Position numbers and translations under genes: made by a program | Notes under the pieces: model-generated | What the model saw: only the letters and a program-made list of their open reading frames with translations | Databases searched by the model: none | What the model was told of the DNA's origin: nothing | Shown: positions 55,794 to 64,000 of the stretch, piece after piece | Position numbering within the stretch: position 1 is the stretch's first letter | Layout of the letters: every line of letters begins with the position of its first letter | NCBI GenBank assembly: GCA_963768835.1 | Contig: CAVYJB010000002.1 | Location: 298,466-362,465 of the forward strand | Direction: 5' to 3' | Source: an uncultured bacterium | Lineage (GTDB): Bacteria > Patescibacteriota > Minisyncoccia > UBA6257 > GWB1-50-10 | Length of the DNA stretch: 64,000 bases

Positions 55794-58123
55794 ACCCTAA
55801 ACAACTCACTATTGCTATCGTCGCTCCCTACTTTCCCCCAGGCGGTGGAGGGTTAGAGCGCTACGCCTACGAGATCGCCAAACGCCTGCAGGGTGAATAC
55901 AGATGGCGTGTTGTTGTTATTACCTCCGGAGAACGCTATGGCAAGGATAGCAAAGATGAACTAGACGGTCTTACGGTTTATCGTTTGGGATATCAATTTA
56001 AATTCTCCAACACCCCCTTCTCGTTCGGCTGGTTCAAGACGGTAAGGCACGTTTTAAAAATTGAGAACCCGGATATCATCAACGTTCATATGCCAGTGCC
56101 CGGCATTGGCGATATTGCTTCATTATTCGCAGACAAAAAGCCAATTATTGTGACTTATCATGCTGGCAGCATGCATAAAGGTAGGCCCCTACCCGATTTC
56201 TTTATCTGGCTCTATGAACATGGGCCGATGCGCCTATTGCTTTCGCGTGCCACCCGCATCGTATGTTCCTCCGACTTTACTCGCTTCCGATTCCTACAGC
56301 CCTATCTTTCGAAAAGCCTGACAATAACACCGGGCGTTGATATGGAAATATTCACGCCGAATATGGAGAATAGGGCCGACAAGCCAACCGTACTATTTGT
56401 GGGGATGCTGAATAAATCCCACCGCCATAAAGGACTAGGCGTGCTTATTAATGCCGTCGATATTTTGAGGGCCAGAATTCAAAATCTTCAACTCGTTATT
56501 GTGGGTGACGGTGATATGAGGCCCGAGTATGAAGCGAGTGTTCGGAAGCGAGGCATGGAGAAAATGACGACGTTTAGGGGCCGACTGAGTGGTGGTGCAC
56601 TAGTGGATGCATATCAGAGAAGCAACGTTCTTTGTCTTCCTTCTCTTGAGCCAGCCGAAAGTTTTGGGATGGTTCTCATAGAAGCAATGGCCGTGGGTTG
56701 TCCTGTTATTGGTTCCAGGGCGGGAGGAATACCCGGGGTTATCGATCATGGGAGGAATGGACTTTTGGTGCTGCCTGGTGACTTACAGGGACTCGTTGCC
56801 GCGATTGCACGCGTATTAGGAGACAAGGACTTGTCGCGCAAGATGGGAGAGGATGGGCTTAGGAGGGTCAGGGAGGATTTTACATGGGGTGAAAAAGTAA
56901 AAGAAACCCAGCTCCTATTTCAGAAAGTGCTGGTTGATTCTAAGCGACCAACGGTTGAAAGAAAGAGGCTGTCCGTGCTTATAATTTGCAAAGAATACCT
57001 CCCGCATGTCGCAGGGGGATTAGGAGTCCACTACTTTGAACTGATTCAAGAACTTAAGAAATATTGCAAAATCGATCTTATTTGTGCGAGAGAAAAAGAA
57101 AGCGCAGAGGATGAAGAGATTTTCGACAATTTGCATATACACCGAATGAAAATCCCATCCTCCTTCCCTCTCAATCACATAGTCTTTAACCTCAAGGCTT
57201 TTTCACGGAGTCTTGGGATTAAACGAGATATCGTGCACCTCTGTTCTCCGTTTGGATTAATAAACGTTTTGATAAAGACCTCACCGGTTGTGGTAAAGAT
57301 CCACACTGTATATGCAGCTCAAAGAGGCGCCCGTCTATATAACCGAATTTATTTTCCTATAGCCTCGCTCATTGATAGGTTCATCATTTTTAGGAGCGAT
57401 TATGTGATGACGACCTCTAATTTCATGAAGAAAGACATACATAAGATGTATGGGATTGAGCCGTCAAAAATCTCGGTGATATTTAATGGAATCAACAAAA
57501 AGTTCTTTGTCGGTGATGCCTACAACAAAAAGTCGCTTCGAGAGAAGATGAAATTACCGGTTGAGGCGAAGATTGTTCTTTATGTTGGCAGATTTGTCCA
57601 GAGGAAGGGCGCCTTGAATCTAGTGCGGGCCGCATCTACGGTTCTCCAAAAATTCCCAAAGACCCTCTTCGTATTTATTGGCGGCGGTTTTACGGAGGGA
57701 ACAGAGTACGAAGGTCTTATACATTCTTCCATCACCGCTCTTGGACTACGTAATAATGTATTGATATTGCCGTGGGTCACCCATGATCAAGTTCTGGAGT
57801 ATTACAAAGTGGCGGATATTTTTGTACACCCGGCAACATATGAGCCATTTGGCAACAACATTGTTGAAGCGATGGCTGCGGGGCTGCCTGTAATTTCTAC
57901 CAAATCAGGTGGGCCGGAAGAAATTATTCAAGACAATGGGATAATTCTTGAGAGCAACGAACCATCCCTGATCTCTGAAAGTATTATCAGTCTCTGTGCC
58001 AACGAAGAGAGGAGCAGGCACTTTTCGTATTTATCAAAAAAAAGAGCTGCAGAATTTTCTTGGGATTCTGCAGCAAAAGAAACAGTTAAGATATATAACA
58101 AGGTTTTATCCTCAAATAAATGA
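55790..58123 (+). CDS. Tandem double-GT4 glycosyltransferase
   Basis: 777 aa. Two complete GT4 units with C-terminal motifs ESFGMVLIEAMAVGCPVIGS and EPFGNNIVEAMAAGLPVIST. Confidence 0.85.
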   Translation: MNPKQLTIAIVAPYFPPGGGGLERYAYEIAKRLQGEYRWRVVVITSGERYGKDSKDELDGLTVYRLGYQFKFSNTPFSFGWFKTVRHVLKIENPDIINVHMPVPGIGDIASLFADKKPIIVTYHAGSMHKGRPLPDFFIWLYEHGPMRLLLSRATRIVCSSDFTRFRFLQPYLSKSLTITPGVDMEIFTPNMENRADKPTVLFVGMLNKSHRHKGLGVLINAVDILRARIQNLQLVIVGDGDMRPEYEASVRKRGMEKMTTFRGRLSGGALVDAYQRSNVLCLPSLEPAESFGMVLIEAMAVGCPVIGSRAGGIPGVIDHGRNGLLVLPGDLQGLVAAIARVLGDKDLSRKMGEDGLRRVREDFTWGEKVKETQLLFQKVLVDSKRPTVERKRLSVLIICKEYLPHVAGGLGVHYFELIQELKKYCKIDLICAREKESAEDEEIFDNLHIHRMKIPSSFPLNHIVFNLKAFSRSLGIKRDIVHLCSPFGLINVLIKTSPVVVKIHTVYAAQRGARLYNRIYFPIASLIDRFIIFRSDYVMTTSNFMKKDIHKMYGIEPSKISVIFNGINKKFFVGDAYNKKSLREKMKLPVEAKIVLYVGRFVQRKGALNLVRAASTVLQKFPKTLFVFIGGGFTEGTEYEGLIHSSITALGLRNNVLILPWVTHDQVLEYYKVADIFVHPATYEPFGNNIVEAMAAGLPVISTKSGGPEEIIQDNGIILESNEPSLISESIISLCANEERSRHFSYLSKKRAAEFSWDSAAKETVKIYNKVLSSNK

Positions 58124-59241
58124 GTAACAATCAACATCAAGAGGTGTGTATCGCGCAAGTTTGTGCATATTATCCGCCTCATGTCGGTGGGTTAGAGCGT
58201 GTTGCAAAAATGTGCGCCGAGGAACTTTCCAAACGGAGATATTCGGTCCGTGTCATCACATCTTCCGACGCCGGTATTAAAAAGGGTATGAAGAAAGACG
58301 GGAACCTTCAAGTCACGGCATTGTGGAATTTTGAATTTGCTCATACGCCCGTCGCACCAACGCTCTTGTGGCACCTATTGAGGCTTCCACGTAATTCTCT
58401 TATTCATTTGCACCTAGCACACGCGTACTATCCTGAATTAGTGCTGCTGGCCTCAAAACTCCGTGGTATCCCATATGTTGCGCACTTTCATCTCGATGTT
58501 GGCCCCTCGGGATTCTTTGGCCCGATATTTTTAGCCTACAAAAGACTTTTGTGGGGGCCGGTTTTACAATATGCTCGCCGTGTAATCACCTGCTCACAAG
58601 ATCAGGCTAGCGTAGTGGAAAGGAAATTTGGGGTCAAAAAAGAAAACATCGTCGTTATCCCTAATGCAGTGAGCGACGACTTCTTTTCTAATCGTGTGTA
58701 TATACCTCCGATCAAAACATTTCACCTTCTTTATATCGGCCGACTTTCCGTGCAAAAGCGGGTTGAACACCTTATAGAGGCGGTGTCCAGGCTTTCCATT
58801 CCTGCCCACCTTACTATTGTTGGTGACGGAGAAGAGCGTTCAAAATTGGAAGAATTCGTCCGAAAACTGAAGCTTACTAATGTTTCTTTTGAAGGAAGAA
58901 AAAATGATGTGGAAATGCAGGAGTACCATCGGAAAAACGACGTCTTCCTTATATCTTCGGATAAAGAGGGAGGTACCCCTCTCGTTGCACTCGAAGCGAT
59001 GGCATCAGGCCTCCCAGTTATAGGGACAAATGTCTCTGGTATTCGGGAGTTTCTTCAGGGAGTCGGAGTTTTAGTAGATAAACCGTACGTAGAAAACTTT
59101 GCAGAAGCAGTAGAAATGCTTTGGTTTGCGCCGGAGAAGCTGGTCGCACTTTCCAGACAAAGCGTCGAAAAGGCAAAAAAGTATGGATGGTCGCGATTTA
59201 CTGACCAACTTGAAGAGGTGTATAGACAAGCGCTCAAGTGA
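58120..59241 (+). CDS. GT4 glycosyltransferase
   Basis: 373 aa. GGTPLVALEAMASGLPVIGT. Confidence 0.85.
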   Translation: MSNNQHQEVCIAQVCAYYPPHVGGLERVAKMCAEELSKRRYSVRVITSSDAGIKKGMKKDGNLQVTALWNFEFAHTPVAPTLLWHLLRLPRNSLIHLHLAHAYYPELVLLASKLRGIPYVAHFHLDVGPSGFFGPIFLAYKRLLWGPVLQYARRVITCSQDQASVVERKFGVKKENIVVIPNAVSDDFFSNRVYIPPIKTFHLLYIGRLSVQKRVEHLIEAVSRLSIPAHLTIVGDGEERSKLEEFVRKLKLTNVSFEGRKNDVEMQEYHRKNDVFLISSDKEGGTPLVALEAMASGLPVIGTNVSGIREFLQGVGVLVDKPYVENFAEAVEMLWFAPEKLVALSRQSVEKAKKYGWSRFTDQLEEVYRQALK

Positions 59242-61700
59242 AAACGTTCAATCTTACACGATGGCAGATTATACTTCCTATCCTCGGTTGGGGAATTATG
59301 TTTTCTGCGCTTTCTCTTAACAACTTCAACAACTTTCAACTTTTAAACATTTTTGGTTTCTTATTCCTTACTATCGCCCCCGGATTCCTGACGGTCCTTA
59401 ACCTTTCCGCCAGATGCGAATCAGTCTCCGGTGGGAAACTTCAGAGCCTAAACTTTTGGGGGAAACTTGCGCTCGTGGTAGGATTCAGCCTACTTGAGTT
59501 GATGCTCGTTGCTCTCTTGGGCAACACGCTTCTCCCGCTCGTCGGGATAGTGCGGCCGCTCGACAAGTCGGTACTATTGCTCGAACTCTATCTCTTGATA
59601 GCAGTACTCTTGTCTGTAACTTGGTTACGCATAAGGAGTGTTGAAGTAACCATCAAACGTTACGTGTTCTTCAGCACCCTCAAGGACCTCTTTCTCTCGC
59701 TTATCCCGATCGTTTTTGTGGCGTTAAGCATTTTAGGTGCAATTAGTTTGAATAACGGAGGCAGTGATATTTGGACTATGACGATGCTGGGTGGGGTAGG
59801 CGCCTACATCCTCTTTTTATCGTTCTACCGGAAGAAAGTAGACGAAAACGTCATTCTAATTACACTGTTCCTCGTATCGCTCGCACTTCTTTTTATGACG
59901 AGCCTGCGTGGTTGGTATATCACAGGCCATGACATTCAAACCGAGTACAAGGTTTTCGAGCTGACAAAGAATGCCGGGGTTTGGAGTATGGATTTTTATC
60001 GTGATGCCTACAATGCATGTTTAAGTATCACGGTACTTCCTACAATATTTTTTAACCTCCTAAAGATTTCCGATCCCTATGTGTACAAGTTTTTTTTCCA
60101 ATTATTTTTTGCACTTTGTCCAGGCCTTACATATTTAACCAGCCGACACTGGGCGGGCAGGCAAATCTCCCTTCTTGCCGGATTTTATTTCATGGCCTTT
60201 CCCACCTTCTTCATTGACATGCCATTTCTTATTCGGCAGGAGATTGCCTTTTTGTTCTATGGCCTGATGCTCTATATCATCTTTTCCTCTGACCTCAGTC
60301 TTACGTTACGCCGATGGCTATTTATGTTGATGGGGGTTGGAGTCATTTTGTCGCACTATTCTACGACGTACACCGTTCTCCTGATCTTTGTGTTCGCAGC
60401 TGTCTTGCGACCGCTGTTCCTTAGACTTATCGAGAAATTAAATGGTAAAGGAGCATTTAAAGATTCTGCGCTTATTCAGGCAACGGAATTTGTGGGCACA
60501 AAACCAAAAGCGAAGATCGCTCTTTGGATGGTGGCCATTCTCCTCGTGCTGAGTTTTTTATGGACATCGATCATAACAGATACTGGGGGACATGTAATGG
60601 TTGTCCTGGATGAAACGATATCTGCTGTTAAAGATGGGTTCACTGAAAATAGTCGCTCTACTGACGCCGTGAACCTGCTAAGTTTCAGAACACCAAGTCA
60701 GCAAGAGGAGCTCCAGAGTTATATAGAAAAAGTTATCAATCCCATTAGAAGTGCCGCGCCAGCAGGCGTATATTTTGATGCGTCGACATACGAGAAATAT
60801 AAATTTACAGCTTTACCCGATGAGCAACTGCCATTGACCGCGCTGGGGAATCTTGTGCAAAGATTTGACATCAACTTTGTCACATCAATTACCCTCGTTG
60901 GTCGGGCGCTCGCGAAATTAATGGAGTTTCTGGCTCCGTTGGGGATTTTATATTTATTGCTCAGAAAAAACCGATTAAAATATATTGATGATGAATTTTA
61001 CCTTCTCTCTTTCTTTGCCCTTCTCTCCGTATTCTTAATAATCGTTATCCCCGTTTTATCAACTGAGTATGGGATTTTTAGGGCGTTGCAACAGTCGATG
61101 TTTATATTAGCACTCCCGATGGTATTGGGGAGCGTATGGCTGGGCGTGTGGATTAGGGGGGTAGGAAATTCTATTCGCAAGCTTTGGTTCAAAGTGTGGG
61201 GGATTCGAATGCCAGGCATTTCGGCCGCCACTACTGGCCGAGCTCTCCCTGTCGTCTTCGCGTTCTTGTTTTTCCTCTATTCCACATCATTCATACTGCA
61301 ACTATTCGGCGGAAATCCGGCTCTGCTTTATTTGAACAACACGGGCAGGTATTACGATAATTATTTAATCAAGGCCCCTGAAGTATCGGCAGTTGAATGG
61401 TTGAGCACCGTTACTAGCGGAAATTCTGAAGAAGCGAACGGTGTCACACTTCAAATCCAGACAGATAGATTTTCACAAAAAAAGCTCGCATCGCTATCAT
61501 CCCTTGATGCGTACAACGATATTTTCCCAGGAGTAGTTCGAAAGGACTCATATGTGTTTCTTGGGCAAGCGACGGTCAAAAAGCAAAGAGCAACCCTAGT
61601 GTATGGAGGAGACCAGATAACCTATACCTATCCGGTACAGTTCTTAGATGAGAATAAGAATCTCATATACAATAATGGGAGCGCAAAAATCTACCGATGA
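59238..61700 (+). CDS. Large polytopic membrane protein (putative glycan polymerase/oligosaccharyltransferase-like, DUF2206-like)
   Basis: 820 aa. Many TM helices in the N-terminal half and a soluble C-terminal domain. Embedded in the glycosyltransferase operon with 4-nt overlaps. Confidence 0.7.
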   Translation: MKTFNLTRWQIILPILGWGIMFSALSLNNFNNFQLLNIFGFLFLTIAPGFLTVLNLSARCESVSGGKLQSLNFWGKLALVVGFSLLELMLVALLGNTLLPLVGIVRPLDKSVLLLELYLLIAVLLSVTWLRIRSVEVTIKRYVFFSTLKDLFLSLIPIVFVALSILGAISLNNGGSDIWTMTMLGGVGAYILFLSFYRKKVDENVILITLFLVSLALLFMTSLRGWYITGHDIQTEYKVFELTKNAGVWSMDFYRDAYNACLSITVLPTIFFNLLKISDPYVYKFFFQLFFALCPGLTYLTSRHWAGRQISLLAGFYFMAFPTFFIDMPFLIRQEIAFLFYGLMLYIIFSSDLSLTLRRWLFMLMGVGVILSHYSTTYTVLLIFVFAAVLRPLFLRLIEKLNGKGAFKDSALIQATEFVGTKPKAKIALWMVAILLVLSFLWTSIITDTGGHVMVVLDETISAVKDGFTENSRSTDAVNLLSFRTPSQQEELQSYIEKVINPIRSAAPAGVYFDASTYEKYKFTALPDEQLPLTALGNLVQRFDINFVTSITLVGRALAKLMEFLAPLGILYLLLRKNRLKYIDDEFYLLSFFALLSVFLIIVIPVLSTEYGIFRALQQSMFILALPMVLGSVWLGVWIRGVGNSIRKLWFKVWGIRMPGISAATTGRALPVVFAFLFFLYSTSFILQLFGGNPALLYLNNTGRYYDNYLIKAPEVSAVEWLSTVTSGNSEEANGVTLQIQTDRFSQKKLASLSSLDAYNDIFPGVVRKDSYVFLGQATVKKQRATLVYGGDQITYTYPVQFLDENKNLIYNNGSAKIYR

Positions 61701-62806
61701 AGAAATTAAAAGTCAGCATACTTTCCCACAATCTTTCCAGCAATTGCCTCGGTCGCGCATATATCTTGGCCAAAGCGCTCTCGGATGTCTACGATGTTGA
61801 GATTGTTGGTCCCGTGCTATCGTCTGGAATCTGGGAACCGGTTTCCGGTGATACGACGATAATCTACAAAAAGTTAGGGAAGAGCTTGAACCCGTTTAGG
61901 CTTATGAGCGCCGTCGACGGCGATATAGTATATGCGGTTAAGCCCCGTACCGCAAGCCTTGGGACCGGTTTATTGGTTAAATTGTTTAAACGAAAGAAAC
62001 TAGTTCTCGATGTTGATGACTGGGAAGTTGGTTTTGGAAAAGATTTTGGAATTTTGGGAATAGGGTACGGTATTCTAAGCTTCTGGGACTTAGACAGCAT
62101 AATCCCAACCTGGCTTATGGAGAAAATGATTCCGTTTGCCGATGCTATCACCGTATCAAGCTCGTTTCTGCAGAAAAAATTCGGTGGCACGCTCATTCCT
62201 CATTTCCGCGATACTGATGTGTTTAACCCAAGAAGATTCGACCGCAAGGCGCTACGGGGAAAACTTGGCGTAGAGGGGAAGAGGGTTGTCATGTTCTTAG
62301 GGAGCATTGAGCCATATAAAGGCATTGATACGCTCCTGTCTGCTTTCGACGCTATACGAAGGGATGATGCAATACTTATGCTTGTAGGTGCGAGTGATAA
62401 AGCAAGAGCATCGCTCCCCCAAAGAGGATACCTCAGGGTTATCGGCCCCCAACCTTTTGAGAAAGTTCCTGAGTTCCTAGCTGCCGCCGACGTTGTTGCT
62501 CTCATGCAAAGACAAAATTCTGCATCAACTCAGGGGCAATTGCCGGCGAAGATCTTTGATGCAATGTCTATGGAAAAACCAATTATTGCAACGCGAGTAT
62601 CGGATATTCCAAGGATTTTGAATGGGTGTGGGATTGTTATCGAAGATACCCCTGAGGAGCTAGCATCTGCCATACGGTGGCTTTTCGATCATCCGGAACA
62701 AGCCGCGGTTATGGGAAGGGCCGCGCGGGAGCGCTGCATAGAAGAGTACAGCTATTCGGCCATGCGCCCGAAGCTGGAGAAGGTTTTCGAGAGCTTGAAG
62801 TATTAG
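61697..62806 (+). CDS. GT4-like glycosyltransferase
   Basis: 369 aa. Glycos_transf_1-like C-terminal domain (VVMFLGSIEPYKGIDTLL...KPIIATRVSDIP). Confidence 0.8.
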   Translation: MKKLKVSILSHNLSSNCLGRAYILAKALSDVYDVEIVGPVLSSGIWEPVSGDTTIIYKKLGKSLNPFRLMSAVDGDIVYAVKPRTASLGTGLLVKLFKRKKLVLDVDDWEVGFGKDFGILGIGYGILSFWDLDSIIPTWLMEKMIPFADAITVSSSFLQKKFGGTLIPHFRDTDVFNPRRFDRKALRGKLGVEGKRVVMFLGSIEPYKGIDTLLSAFDAIRRDDAILMLVGASDKARASLPQRGYLRVIGPQPFEKVPEFLAAADVVALMQRQNSASTQGQLPAKIFDAMSMEKPIIATRVSDIPRILNGCGIVIEDTPEELASAIRWLFDHPEQAAVMGRAARERCIEEYSYSAMRPKLEKVFESLKY

Positions 62807-62812
62807 GGGGTC

Positions 62813-64000
62813 CTAGGTTTTGTGAGTGGCGAGTTGAGAAGTCAGGAAGCGCCGGTGGGAGCGGAATATAAGAAAAGATGAGATAGTTCCTGCAATCAGA
62901 TTGCCTACCAGCCATGCTCCCGCCACCCAAGCAAGTCCACGACTTGCCCAGAGAATAGCCAAACCACTAGTAGCAAGAAGATAAACGATACTCACGATAA
63001 TGAGTGAGCGAAGTTTATGCTGGATGCGTAATATGGCGGACCCTAACGAATACGCAACGATGGCGGGAGCGGCAAGAGCAAGAATAATAATAACATTAGC
63101 GCCGCCCTCACTGTATGATTTCCCGAAGATTTGGAGAACCCAAGGACCAAACACCGCGAGTACAATGCCTGCTGGGACCGTGATAGCTCCGAGGATGAGC
63201 ACTGAACGCCCCACTAATTTTTTCAGCGCAACCTCCCCATAGGAACCTTCCGCAAAAAAAGATTGAGAAACGGAGTATGTCACGGCGTAGAGGAGGTTTG
63301 CCATCATAAACGCGAGGTAGTAATAGGCAGTGGCCGATGGACCAAGACGGCTGATGATGATAAGGGGCAGGACAAGCGTCGGCGCAAGATTTAGGAGGTT
63401 CACCACATAATTTTTGAATGAATAATGAAAAACATCCTTCAGTGTTTGTAGGTGGATCCTTACTTTTGGCCTGTACCCAAATTTATGGGCCAAGAATATG
63501 ATACTTGCAACCATTCCGATGGCTGCAGCAACTCCCGCAGAGGTGAATATGCCATATGCGCCAAGGCCAACGAATACCAAGGGCAAGAGGACCTTAGCAC
63601 CTCCCATAATCCATCCATCGATTAAAAGGTTATATTTTGCTGCACGGTAGGCAATAAAAATACTGTCGGTTAATAAGTTTATTGCTGCTAACGCTACCAT
63701 CATGACAAATCCAAGCGCATACAGAGCATTTTCGTGGATTATGCCGAGAGCGGGAGTGAGGTAAGGTATCGTAAAAATATATGCCGTTGCAATTAGCGCC
63801 GCCGCACAGATGACTAAAACCAAGCCCGTGTTGATTTCGTTGTTCCTGTTTTCCGAAGTTGGCAGAACTCGTACGAACGTGGTGTTAAAACCGAGAGCGC
63901 TAGCATAGGAAATGAGCGACATGGCCGAGATAAGTGAAGTTGCCACACCAATCTGGTCTGGTCGAAAAAGATGAGCGCAGATGAGCCAGAACACGAAACC
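62813..64000 (-). CDS. wzx: Wzx-type polysaccharide flippase (MOP superfamily), 5'-truncated by the window end
   Basis: The minus-strand frame is open to position 64000 with no stop. The ~395 aa seen contain ≥10 TM helices, typical of the oligosaccharide flippase family. Confidence 0.7.
   Translation of the reverse strand, partial: GFVFWLICAHLFRPDQIGVATSLISAMSLISYASALGFNTTFVRVLPTSENRNNEINTGLVLVICAAALIATAYIFTIPYLTPALGIIHENALYALGFVMMVALAAINLLTDSIFIAYRAAKYNLLIDGWIMGGAKVLLPLVFVGLGAYGIFTSAGVAAAIGMVASIIFLAHKFGYRPKVRIHLQTLKDVFHYSFKNYVVNLLNLAPTLVLPLIIISRLGPSATAYYYLAFMMANLLYAVTYSVSQSFFAEGSYGEVALKKLVGRSVLILGAITVPAGIVLAVFGPWVLQIFGKSYSEGGANVIIILALAAPAIVAYSLGSAILRIQHKLRSLIIVSIVYLLATSGLAILWASRGLAWVAGAWLVGNLIAGTISSFLIFRSHRRFLTSQLATHKT

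Overview
This is a high-GC (about 60%) bacterial chromosomal window with about 60 protein-coding genes. I found no rRNA, tRNA or CRISPR array, and the genetic code is standard (TGA, TAA and TAG all terminate long conserved genes).

Backbone genes:
- A partial PLD/cardiolipin-synthase-like gene runs off the 5' edge.
- A disrupted YeiH-family gene is a probable pseudogene.
- A DegT-type aminotransferase, a CofE-like ligase and a GT2 transferase form a small sugar-modification trio.
- The other metabolic and housekeeping genes are a MOSC protein, an FKBP PPIase, a DUF192 protein, TypA/BipA and a tRNA-binding CsaA protein.
- A five-gene overlapping operon for glycolipid or envelope sugars comprises a UgtP/MGDG-synthase-like GT28 enzyme, an EamA-like membrane protein, a TIM-barrel glycosidase and a metallophosphoesterase.
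- The secreted proteins are an S53 sedolisin-type peptidase and a serpin.
- The transporters are a P-type ATPase, a MacAB-type tripartite ABC efflux set and a Ca2+/H+ antiporter.

Accessory content:
1. A GAF-PAS histidine kinase and two paralogous single-domain response regulators bracket a 1369-aa IPT/TIG-repeat surface protein. This protein ends in a canonical duplicated dockerin module. Immediately downstream is a membrane-anchored protein with a cohesin-like domain, making an apparent dockerin-cohesin anchoring pair.
2. Three paralogous secreted proteins carry TGGN/TGDA repeats.
3. A low-GC island at about 42.65-46.8 kb holds single-gene cassettes, all on the + strand: an Hjc-like membrane nuclease, an IMPase-family phosphatase, a membrane protein, a HicB/HicA pair and a KERAW-repeat protein. 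Each cassette is followed directly by the same 25-28 nt direct repeat. A truncated copy of that repeat sits at the island boundary just after csaA. The island abuts a terS-terL phage remnant.
4. A lower-GC glycan biosynthesis island at 52.7-64 kb carries one GT2 enzyme, three single-domain GT4 enzymes, one tandem double-GT4 enzyme, a CE4 deacetylase, an 820-aa polytopic membrane protein and a Wzx-type flippase that runs off the 3' edge.

Several sigma70-like promoters (ATTGACAAA -35 boxes) and rho-independent terminators are visible, including a structured 600-nt intergenic region upstream of typA that may encode a small RNA.

All functional calls rest on motif and family recognition from the translated sequence. 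I ran no database searches.
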